Assembly: GCF_001194135.2 (NCBI RefSeq)
Contig: NC_068987.1
Span: 52,062,673-52,105,214, forward strand
Length of the DNA stretch: 42,542 nucleotides
DNA from: Octopus bimaculoides
Taxonomy: Eukaryota
Direction: 5' to 3'
Shown: piece by piece, positions 1-10,151 of the stretch
How positions within the stretch are numbered: position 1 is the first letter of the stretch
Layout: every line of letters starts with the position of its first letter
Translations under genes and position numbers: made by a program
Notes under the pieces: model-generated
Told to the model about the DNA's origin: nothing
Database searches by the model: none
The model's input: only the letters and a program-made list of their open reading frames with translations

Positions 1-89
1 GCCCATTTTTCACTTTATCTAATCGCCCTACTGTTTTTCTTGTTGAATAATTAGGCCATTTTTTTACGGAACGGAATATTGAATGCAAC

Positions 90-1086
90 ATGGACAAAAA
101 GGAAATTCGCACAATTTTTTTATTCCAGTTCAAGCTAGGCCGAAAAGCTGCTGAAACAGCTCGCGATATCAGCGATGCGTTCGGCCCAGGAACCACTTGT
201 GAATGTACAACACAATGGTGGTTCAAGTAATTTCGTAGCGTTGAGAAGAACCTTGAAGATGATAAGCGTAGTGGTCGGCCATCGGATGTTGACAATGATC
301 AACTAAGAGCTTTAGTCGAAGCCAATCCACGCACAACTGTTCGAGAGCTTGCTTCTGAATTAGACGTAACATATACAACAATTTCCAACCACTCGAAAGA
401 GATTGAAAAACAAAAAAAAATACTTGAGAAATGGGTGCCACACGATTTGAACGACAGCCAAAAAAACAAACAAACCCGTTTTGAAGTGTCAGCCTCCCTT
501 CTTTTACACAACAAGAACGACCCATCTCTCAACCGGATTGTGACTTACAATGAAATGTGGATACTTTACGATAACCGGCGATGCTCATCTCAGTGGTTGG
601 ACGCCGACGAAGCTCCGTGGCACTTCCCGAATCCAAAGTTGCACCAAAAGAAGGTCTCATCCACCACAGCTTTTTGGATCCAGGCGAAAACCTTTACGGC
701 AGAGAATTACTGTCAGCAAATGAATGAAATGCATAAGAAACTCCGACAACAACAACCAGCAGTGGTCAATAGAAAAGGACCAATTTTTCTCCACGACAAC
801 GCTCGGCCGCACGTCGTACAACTGACCCTGCAAAAATTGAACGAATTGGGCAAAAAAATCTTCGTCATCCGCCATACTCACCAGACCTCTCGTCTACCGA
901 CTATCACTTTTTTACCCATCGCGAGAACTTCCTGCGTGAAAAATGCTTCAAAACCAAGACGATTCGAAACACGCCTTCAACGACTTCATCACCACCAGAA
1001 CGCAGGATTCTTACACTACTGGTATAAACAAACGTGTTTAACGTTGGCAAATGTGTATTGATTCTGATGGTGTTTATTTCGATTAA
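90..1086 (+). pseudogene. Mariner DD34D transposase pseudogene
   Basis: ATG at 90 reads MDKKEIRTIFLFQFKLGRKAAETARDISDAFGPGT...WWFK*...DDKRSGRPSDVDNDQLRALVEANPRTTVRELASEL. Motifs WVPHDL, RIVTYNEMWILYDN, LHDNARPH and PYSPDLSSTDYHF follow, ending CIDSDGVYFD* (TAA 1084-1086). There is an in-frame stop at ~228, frameshifts, and a short deletion after HQKKV. Confidence 0.92.
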
Positions 1087-1133
1087 TAAACTTTTGTTTG
1101 AGCTGAGACACGTGCATCTAAATTAAAAGGTTA

Positions 1134-1162
1134 AAAACCGCAAGAACTTTCTTGACAACCTG

Positions 1163-1163
<1 letters not shown>
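1134..1163 (-). repeat. Mariner 3' terminal inverted repeat
   Basis: Reverse complement is TCAGGTTGTCAAGAAAGTTCTTGCGGTTTT, 22/30 identical to the Hsmar1 TIR as I recall it. It is followed by TA. Confidence 0.85.
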
Positions 1164-1165
<2 letters not shown>

Positions 1166-1210
<45 letters not shown>

Positions 1211-1351
1211 GCATGTATGTATGTATATATGTATATATGTATGATTGTATTATGTATGTATGTGTGTATATATATATATATGCATGTATGTATGTATATA
1301 TGTATATATGTACGTTTGTATTATGTATGTATGTGTGTGTATATATATATA
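1166..1351. repeat. Compound (CA)/(TA)/(TATG) microsatellite with a ~71-bp higher-order duplication
   Basis: The block GCATGTATGTATGTATATATGTATATATGTA...TGTATTATGTATGTATGTGTG starts at 1211 and again at 1282. Confidence 0.85.
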
Positions 1352-3463
1352 NNNNNNNNNNNNNNNNNNNNNNNNNNNNNNNNNNNNNNNNNNNNNNNNN
1401 NNNNNNNNNNNNNNNNNNNNNNNNNNNNNNNNNNNNNNNNNNNNNNNNNNNNNNNNNNNNNNNNNNNNNNNNNNNNNNNNNNNNNNNNNNNNNNNNNNNN
1501 NNNNNNNNATCGTTACTAATATAGTATAAGACTTCACCCCAAAGGATCATTGATTAGATTCCTTAAGGATCGTTCTCATTTGTTTATAGCCGTATATATA
1601 AAATGTATATGAGTAATCAACATTAAAGTGTTGTATATCATTCTTGTCTATATATGGAATACAATATTCGTCAATTAATTGCAGTTAATTTTTTTTTTAA
1701 TAGTACTCCTTTGTAAGAAAATATGGCATTAAAGTATTCGCCTGCCTTCAATTTTCAGAAATGCCCTCCACAAGTATTGTCATTTGCCTTTATCACATTC
1801 AGTAATGTTCTTCCCATGGAACATTTTTAATGTCGTAGACACTAGTTGCATTATAAATGCTTAATACATATGGTTTAGAGACTACCAGACCTCGTTTTAA
1901 AGCACGATTCATGGCGCTACAACGAAAATTTCAGTGCAACACGCTATCGATAGAGCAAATCGTTCACATATGCATTAAACAAAAAATAATTTTAATTCCA
2001 CTTAATTCAGATAAATCGGATCAGTTCATTTCTAAATTGAATTTACGATACGTTGTTTAGATTTTAATATGCATTATATTTTACAACTTCAGTTCCAATT
2101 ATTTACAATGTGCGTTATGAATTTATTTTTACTTTATATTATCTTATGAATTAGCTGTTATATAATTTACCAGTTTCCGTCTCACTTTGCTCTTTGCGTG
2201 CATGTGCATCCAATATTTCCCATGTTCAATCTTTCCATCAGAACCAAGATTTTATTTTCTCTTTCTCCACGCTTCATTTTCATATCGATCTTAAATTTTT
2301 AAATCTGCTGCACTTATTCCCTTCTGATATCGAACATTATCCTCAGCTACACCCACTGAACATGCAAAGACATAATGTCATTCTATTCTTCCCTTCCCAC
2401 TCTCTCCTTTCCATATGCCGCCATATTTTTATAGTCTTTCTTATAAACATTTTCTGCTACCCCTGTTCTTCCTTCACTGACACTGCTTTCTACCTCCTAC
2501 GCACATTCATATAGTTTCTTCTATTCTCAGCTCCCATCCTACTGAGGTTTGTTTGTATATATACACCATTTTTTCCTGTCATTCCCCTTATTCTTCTCTT
2601 TATGCTCATTTTTCTCCGCCTGTGCCCGTGTTCTATTCATTCGTTATTTGTTATAATCATTTGTGTATTTAATATTTTTCAAAAAATCCCGTCTCACGAA
2701 AAAAAAAAAAAAACGAAAGCAGGAAGAAGAGAGAAAGAAAGAATAACGATATGAACACAGTTCCTCTCATATATTAATTCTTCTACAATTAGTAATCATA
2801 CACGTTTGGAATGTCTGGTGAGACGAAAAAGTGCGCAAGCAATATTTCTTAATCAGTCTTGACTATTCCCACATGGATTTTCCTTTTCCTGTATAGTTAA
2901 TTCATTTTCTCCTACCATTTCTTGCCTCACGAACCTCTATTTTTGTTTTCTTTCTTTTTCATTTGCTTTCTAATATATATTTCTTCTCATATCACGAGGA
3001 TTAATGATTTGATTCAACTATCAAAACTGCAACTCATTCTCTGAGCTGTTTGTCAAGTTATATCGATTACTATTCGTAGTGCTGTGATTACTGTGTTTGT
3101 GATTAATGTGGTAGAATTGTTTCATGATGCACGAATAAGTGAATATTTATCACTCTTGTTTCGTATACCGAGATGTCCTCCTCCATATAACTGTCCGTTT
3201 CCATAACCTCACATCAACCCAAAGAAGTGCGGGTTCAATTTTGTGTACGGAAGCTAAGTGCAATCAATGTGGTTAGTAAATCTATACAATATATTTTCTG
3301 AACATTACACTGATACGTCCACTTGAGATTATGAAGTATATATCTAAAGGTTTTCATGTTGAATTGGGTTCTTCTGTCATCAAATATAATCCGTAATAAA
3401 TACACCAATTCGACATATATCCACGTGTACATATATGTGTCTGTGCGCGCACGGTCATACATC

Positions 3464-3494
<31 letters not shown>

Positions 3495-3570
3495 CGGTTT
3501 GTGTATTTGTATATGTATATAAGTATACGCATTTATACACACACTAATACTGACACAATGGCATGCTTAT

Positions 3571-3732
3571 GCATGAGTGGCTGTGTGGTAAGTAGCTTGC
3601 TTACCAACGACATGGTTCCGGGTTCATTCCCACTGCGTGTCACCTTGGGCAAGTGTCTTCTACTATAGCCTCGGGCCGACCAAAGCCTTGTGAGTGGATT
3701 TGGTAGACGGAAACTGAAAGAAGTCCGTCGTA

Positions 3733-3783
<51 letters not shown>

Positions 3784-3817
3784 ATATGTTTGTGTCTGTG
3801 TCCCCACAACATCGCTT
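3571..3817 (+). mobile_element. tRNA-derived SINE, family A (5' part, runs into gap)
   Basis: A-box-like TGGCTGTGTGG, B-box-like GGGTTCATTCC, CORE-like CACCTTGGGCAAGTGTCTT and an internal (TA)n. Homologous copies at 33985 and 37048. Confidence 0.85.
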
Positions 3818-4230
3818 NNNNNNNNNNNNNNNNNNNNNNNNNNNNNNNNNNNNNNNNNNNNNNNNNNNNNNNNNNNNNNNNNNNNNNNNNNNNNNNNNNN
3901 NNNNNNNNNNNNNNNNNNNNNNNNNNNNNNNNNNNNNNNNNNNNNNNNNNNNNNNNNNNNNNNNNNNNNNNNNNNNNNNNNNNNNNNNNNNNNNNNNNNN
4001 NNNNNNNNNNNNNNNNNNNNNNNNNNNNNNNNNNNNNNNNNNNNNNNNNNNNNNNNNNNNNNNNNNNNNNNNNNNNNNNNNNNNNNNNNNNNNNNNNNNN
4101 NNNNNNNNNNNNNATATTTAAAAAGGATAGAGACTTTGAACACGATCGATTTTTTTCCATTTATTTAATTATTTACCATTCGATGTCAACATTTCTGTGC
4201 TCAACTCTATCCAACGACTGATCCGTTGGA

Positions 4231-4262
4231 TGTCTGACGTTTCGCACTTCCTCAGGAATGGC
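4231..4262 (-). ncRNA. Degenerate minimal type I hammerhead-like motif
   Basis: Minus strand reads ATTC-CTGAGGA-AGTGC-GAAA-CGTC-AGACA: both cores plus a palindromic ACGT stem III and GUC triplet. Stem II is collapsed and stem I is mismatched. Confidence 0.3.
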
Positions 4263-4689
4263 TTCCATTAGAACAAATGACCTTCATGGATACGTCGATG
4301 TTGAAAGTCTCTATTGGTAAGCGGTTATGTATCTGTGTCTATTGAGAGGAAAGGCGAAGAGCGAGAGAAAAAGAGGGAGGAAGAAAAAGAAGGGAAGAAA
4401 AGAGGGTAAGCCGAAGAATGAGAGGAAAAAGGGGAAGAGTGCTGTGTACTAAGTCTATAAAATTGTGCATAAAGTGTATATATAAAGTGCATTAAGTAAT
4501 CATCGTATAACATATTTCATTCACTTTTCAATTGGTAGCAGATGAGCAACTATCTTTTCATACAGACACAACACAGGCTACAATTCAGGTTTTTTGGATA
4601 AAGTTTTCAGAAACAACTCAGTAAATTTACCATTTATTCCGGGAAATATTTACAGGTCACTCTAGTCAAGGTAATAATCTTCGTTGAAA

Positions 4690-4975
4690 TTTTGACAACT
4701 CTGTGAAGGCTTCGTCCAGTTCCAAGCAATACGTATTCTGTAGAGAGTCTATTTTCACTAGCGAAGAGGAATATGAGGATGAATGAAAAAGTACTGCTTT
4801 CCAGCATATTTATTGACAGGTGGGCGACAGTTGCAAGCATGGTACACGTTAAAAGACTTACATCAGTCGATTGAACAAAAACAAGCAAGAAAGGGAACTT
4901 TTCAGTGGTCTAGCTGCCATGATTTTTTGAATTTGTACTTATGCCTCCTTTTCTATGATAATAATAATAATGATT
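4690..4975 (+). mobile_element. Old Tx1/L1-like LINE 3' fragment (ORF2 C-terminus and tail)
   Basis: Translates FSLAKRNMRMNEKVLLSSIFIDRWATVASMVHVK, which aligns by eye with FQLKRKIRVEREVLSTSRFAGRWMKVTRMVRVN of the minus-strand copy at 5140-5480. It ends in an (AAT)n tail at ~4957. Confidence 0.55.
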
Positions 4976-5139
4976 TCTTATCAACTACCAGGGTTTGCAT
5001 TAAGAAAATCATTATGGACAGTACAAGCCAAAACAAATAATGTGTGTGTGTGTATGTGTGTGAGTGTGTTCTGCTGTGAATGTTCTGCGTGTAAACAAGA
5101 GAACAAAATAAAAGAAGAAAAAGCAATCAACAATGTCTA

Positions 5140-5860
5140 ATCCTTAATATAGAAGAGACGTTCGAGGGCTGCTAATAGAAAAAAACCCCATAAAAAACCA
5201 CGAGTACACTGACTTTTGGGGCAAGTGCTTTTTTCCTCTCCATTTTTCCCAACTACAGGCGTATTCTCCAGGTTAGGCTCGTTCACTCGCACCATTCTCG
5301 TCACTTTCATCCACCTTCCAGCAAACCGGCTAGTAGACAACACTTCCCTCTCTACCCTTATTTTCCTTTTCAATTGAAACGTAAATTAGTTCATCAGGGA
5401 TTGGCCAAAGAGAAAACTATTTGTCTTCAACTCCTTCAATCTCGTTCACCATACAACCACTTTCGCCATGCCACCAAGCAGCTAGCCATTGTGTCCCGTA
5501 TTTGAAGGGCTGTTATCGGCCTTTCGCACCGCTCCGTCTTCCCCACTGAAAGCCACGGTAGCCCGTCAAGATAGGACGTGAAATCCATTCTGCGACCTGG
5601 GCTCACCGTTGTTCCCGACCAGTTGAATGAATCGCCGCTGAAAGGACGCACACATCTGTCTCAGATCAGTTATCCTGTGTCATTCGTTGTCCGGCAAGGT
5701 CGGATCGTGGATTTATTGCCGCGCCGTGTCGAGTGGTAGACACTCGGCCCCGTTGAATGGCTTTTGTCCCTTCGCATCTAAGTGCTCGTGCCTTAGCTCT
5801 GACAATCCAACTTTCTTGTTTCGCGTTAAAGAATTTGTTGAGTGCCAATATACAGCTATC
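5140..5860 (-). mobile_element. Internally deleted Tx1/L1-like LINE (EN-RT linker fused to the ORF2 C-terminus and 3' UTR)
   Basis: Minus-strand peptides ALNKFFNAKQESWIVRAKARALRCEG and DFTSYLDGLPWLSVGKTERCERPITALQIRDTMASC resemble the L1/Tx1 linker just before the RT. They are followed directly by C-terminal VVW*TRLKELKTNSFLFGQSLMN*FTFQLKRKIRVEREVL. This explains the local GC/CpG richness. Confidence 0.7.
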
Positions 5861-5934
5861 ATATGTTCTCTTTTTTTTAGCGCGAAGTCACTTCTCACAC
5901 TCTCTCTTACTGACGTTTAGGGACGGTCATCACT

Positions 5935-6007
5935 CTGTCTCTTTCTTTCTCTCTCTCTCTTTCTCTCTATCTCTCTCCCTCTCTCTCTCCCTCTCTCTCT
6001 CTCTCTC
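5935..6007. repeat. (CT)n microsatellite
   Basis: Directly visible. Confidence 0.95.
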
Positions 6008-6125
6008 ATATATGAGCGTCACCAGATTTTGTTGTGTTTTCTTCATGTTGGTGGGGAAAACGAGAAGAACTATGACTGAACATCCAGATCAGTTGATCTG
6101 TTCCACAAAACTTTGCGACAAAAGA

Positions 6126-7057
6126 GTGAATATATTGTGCAGAACTATCATCCCTGTTGAGATATTCTGTAGGCGCAAGACTGCACATAGAGACAACATG
6201 ATCAACGGTTTCAGTTTTTTGTTGACATACACGACATGCTGGGCTACTGTCGTTCTTTAATATGTTGGGAAAGCTGCTATGATAAAACCTATTCCTGATT
6301 TGAAGCCAGAACCGATTAACCATTGATAGGTAAGTGCTTTGTCAACATCGGCATTATTATCTCTCTTTAGGTATTTGCCATTGAAAGGTTTTGATTGCCA
6401 TTTATCAGTAAAAATATTTAATATTCAAATACACACACACATATCTAGTACGTCTAATTACGGAATTTGATGTATTTGGAATTCACTTCGACATTCCTTT
6501 GCCTGTTTTGTTACTGGTTATGATGCTTTCTTGTTTTCATATTTTGAGACAAGTTTTAATATCCAGTCCTCAGAATTTTTTTAGGTAGGTGTCTAGGGCA
6601 ATTGTGTCAATCTTCATTGTTAATTCCAGTTGTAACAGTTCACGGCAACCCAATTTCTTGGAAGATAAAGTCGTTCTATATCTGCCTTAGGGTGGTGCAT
6701 TCTATGCATTGTCAACAATTTTCGTATTTTTCTGCCAAGATTACATATTTCAGTAATTGACCAGTTAATGAAATTAAAACTGTAAGTCACGACTGGTATG
6801 GCTAAAGTATTGATCGCTTCGATCGTGTTTCTTGTATTCAGCTGTTTCTTGAGTGAGTATTGCTCTCACCCTGAGATAACATTCTCTTCTGATCCTTACT
6901 CTCATCATTGAATATTTGATACCGTCCCCTTCAAATACTCCTAGGTATTTGTAGCTCTCCGCTGGTTCTAACTCCTTTATGACATTCTGCTGGTCAAACT
7001 TAACGTTAGATGTTTCTGTCATTTTTCCTATTATATAGGTAGCTTTTGCACATTAAG
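6126..7057 (-). mobile_element. Dong/R4-clade (RLE-type) non-LTR retrotransposon fragment: post-RT region to CCHC zinc knuckle
   Basis: Peptides KELEPAESYKYLGVFEGDGIKYSMMRVRIRRECYLRVRAIL and CRVCQQKTETVDHVVSMCSLAPTEYLNRDDSSAQYIH (CCHC). Near-identical peptide in the plus copy at 22858-23226. Stops and frameshifts are present. Confidence 0.85.
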
Positions 7058-7066
7058 TTATTATTA

Positions 7067-7131
<65 letters not shown>

Positions 7132-7135
7132 GTTG

Positions 7136-7167
<32 letters not shown>

Positions 7168-7234
7168 GTTGTTATTATTGTTTATATTGTTGTTTTTATT
7201 ATTATAATCATCGTCGTTGTCGTCGTCCTCGTCG

Positions 7235-7273
<39 letters not shown>

Positions 7274-7274
7274 A
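7058..7274. repeat. Compound trinucleotide microsatellite (TTA)n-(TTG)n-(TGG)n-(TCG)-(TCA)n
   Basis: Directly visible; abuts the 5'-truncated end of the Dong-like fragment. Confidence 0.95.
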
Positions 7275-7526
7275 CGCAATTATCGCAAGTGGCTTATTTT
7301 CACGAAACTGTATTATACATGAAAATGTCCATATCCCGAGCATTCAAATAATGATATATATTACATACCAGTTTCTATTAAACTCTCTAATTGCGTCGTT
7401 CGGCAATATGCATATAAATTATTCTTGGCTTTCTTTAACATACATAATATAAGATGCTGTGTTATACGAAAACAAAATGATGTCTGAATTTCCGTAGCAG
7501 CTAATGTTATATGACGCCTACAATAT

Positions 7527-7557
<31 letters not shown>

Positions 7558-7569
7558 TATATATATTCA

Positions 7570-7609
<40 letters not shown>

Positions 7610-8697
7610 TGGTTAGTGTGGATTTTGCAATTATAGCATTTGCAATAGTTCGTATGCATTTATGTTACCATAAGATTATGTAAAGCAGATTCAACTACCC
7701 GCATTCATACACCCACACAATGTACATGTTTGTGTGTGTGTATATATATACATGCATAAATTCGTACATACAAGCATACATAAATACATGCATAGATATT
7801 TACATACACACCGGCACACAGACAAACGCACAATCACATATATATTTACAAAGATATACATATATATTTATGCTCAAAATGAAGTCTTACTATTTCGTGA
7901 TATATACAGATCTATAATATAAACGATGATAATATAAACAATTATAGGACCAGTTACAGGATATGCGACTTTCCCCATTTGTTGTGGATGAATGTGTAAT
8001 CTTTATTTCTCCGTTTTCTGTGATTTGCAGAAGTTTGAAACATGTTTGTGGCATGTAAAACAAATCATCTGAAATCATGAATATTTTCAAACATTTCCGT
8101 CGATATTTATTGCACTATTTCCATATATTAAGTGGGAAGCACAAGTTATTTCCTACAAAATGGAATTGCCACAATCTGAATAATGGTCCTATATTTAAGA
8201 ATCATTCATTTATACGTTCATATTAATACTTCGGGCAGGTTTCGGGTCAATGGCATTTTTTTTTTATTAAAAAGAATGCCTTACTAAGTTGACGAAAATG
8301 TTTAACCTTTGCTCAGGAATAGATCATTACGCATTTTGTAAATGATATGTTGTGCAACTTACCCAGTCTCTATGTTGTGAAACAAACACGTCATATGCAT
8401 TTTCTTTAATATTGTAAGGTTTAAAATATTTCTGCATTACAATCTGATATTTTCTAAATTTTCAGCTGGTAATAAGAGCATGAATGCGCTATATTTAAAA
8501 TATTGAGTATTCAGCATCAATTTGTTGGGAATGTACCTAATACATACATACATACATACATACATACATACATACATACGTATATATATATATATGTATA
8601 TATAATATTAGGATAACAACTTTATAAGAATTTATCAAGTAGTTAGCGTGAAAAAAACTTCATAAGGGAAAAAAACTATCTAATATAACTATAAAAA

Positions 8698-9250
8698 ATC
8701 TGCATATTTTATTCATCAGTACACATATGGTCAAGACACATAAAAATAAACTAAAATCAACATACCCCGACGAACATAGTACATAGACGATTGTTTATCC
8801 CTATATATCCATGAAAGTGGCGGGCTTTTTAAGTTACACTTCTGCACATGTGCTTTTGCGAAATAATATTCAGCACTGAATATATTCTAATTATTCATAA
8901 TACAATATTAGGATAAAAACTTTATAAGAATTTATCAAATAGTTAGCGTGAAAAAATGGGAAACAATGATGGTCTTCTTTCCCTTATGAGGTTTTTTCAC
9001 GCTAACTACTTGATAAATTCTTATAAAGTTTTTAATCCTAATATTGTATAATGAATAATTAGAATATATTCAGTGTTGAATATTATTCCGTAAAATCACA
9101 TGTGCCGAAGTGTAACTTAAAAATCCCGCCTCTTTCATGGATATATAGGGATAAACAATCGTCTGTGTACTATGCTCGTCGGGGTATGTTAATTTTGTTT
9201 ATTTTTATGTGTCTTGACCATACGTGTACTGATGAATAAAAGATGCAGAT
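8698..9250. repeat. Long inverted repeat: arms 8698-8956 and 8992-9250 with a 35-nt spacer
   Basis: Arms are ~259 bp each, with about 15 differences by manual comparison (~94% identity). Confidence 0.95.
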
Positions 9251-9283
9251 ACTGCGTTGATTATGAAACCATTGGTTTACCGT
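9222..9283 (+). ncRNA. Candidate type I hammerhead ribozyme
   Basis: Stem I ACG(T)GTA 9222-9228 pairs with TACCGT 9278-9283. Core CTGATGA 9229-9235. Stem II is ATAA/TTAT, a 2x2 loop, then GATGCAG/CTGCGTT with loop ATA. GAAA 9265-9268. Stem III ACC-ATT-GGT. Cleavage triplet GUU (9275-9277). Confidence 0.6.
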
Positions 9284-10081
9284 TAAGTTAAAAGTTTTTA
9301 GGTGGTTAGCTGTTAAAGTTGCATTCCCTCCTACAAATGTGCTTAAGGTATTTTGACTTTTGGAGTCCCTCTAAGCGTGAGGCATTACTGTATAGTAATG
9401 CCCTTATATAAATTATATATATANNNNNNNNNNNNNNNNNNNNNNNNNNNNNNNNNNNNNNNNNNNNNNNNNNNNNNNNNNNNNNNNNNNNNNNNNNNNN
9501 NNNNNNNNNNNNNNNNNNNNNNNNNNNNNNNNNNNNNNNNNNNNNNNNNNNNNNNNNNNNNNNNNNNNNNNNNNNNNNNNNNNNNNNNNNNNNNNNNNNN
9601 NNNNNNNNNNNNNNNNNNNNNNNNNNNNNNNNNNNNNNNNNNNNNNNNNNNNNNNNNNNNNNNNNNNNNNNNNNNNNNNNNNNNNNNNNNNNNNNNNNNN
9701 NNNNNNNNNNNNNNNNNNNNNNNNNNNNNNNNNNNNNNNNNNNNNNNNNNNNNNNNNNNNNNNNNNNNNNNNNNNNNNNNNNNNNNNNNNNNNNNNNNNN
9801 NNNNNNNNNNNNNNNNNNNNNNNNNNNNNNNNNNNNNNNNNNNNNNNNNNNNNNNNNNNNNNNNNNNNNNNNNNNNNNNNNNNNNNNNNNNNNNNNNNNN
9901 NNNNNNNNNNNNNNNNNNNNNNNNNNNNNNNNNNNNNNNNNNNNNNNNNNNNNNNNNNNNNNNNNNNNNNNNNNNNNNNNNNNNNNNNNNNNNNNNNNNN
10001 NNNNNNNNNNNNNNNNNNNNNNNNNNNNNNNNNNNNNNNNNNNNNNNNNNNNNNNNNNNNNNNNNNNNNNNNNNNNNNNNN

Positions 10082-10151
<70 letters not shown>

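Larger units (their letters stand above)
1..1165 (+). mobile_element. Mariner DNA transposon (Hsmar1/cecropia-like), defective; 5' end lies upstream of the window
   Basis: Transposase pseudogene at 90-1086, a 30-bp 3' TIR at 1134-1163 and a TA at 1164-1165. Confidence 0.93.
8601..9423. mobile_element. ~300-bp repeat unit in tandem and inverted arrangement carrying a hammerhead-like motif (Penelope pLTR/retrozyme-like)
   Basis: AATATTAGGATAAmAACTTTATAAGAATTTATCAArTAGTTAGCGTGAAAAAA occurs at ~8604 and ~8904 (period 300). An inverted copy runs from 8978. CTGATGA cores lie at 9229-9235 (+) and ~8713-8719 (-). Confidence 0.6.

Noticed and set aside
5365-5400. Minus-strand CTGATGA...GAAA hammerhead-like spacing
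   Set aside because: No stem II or stem III pairing, and the bases are explained as Tx1 coding sequence (SLMN*FTFQLK).
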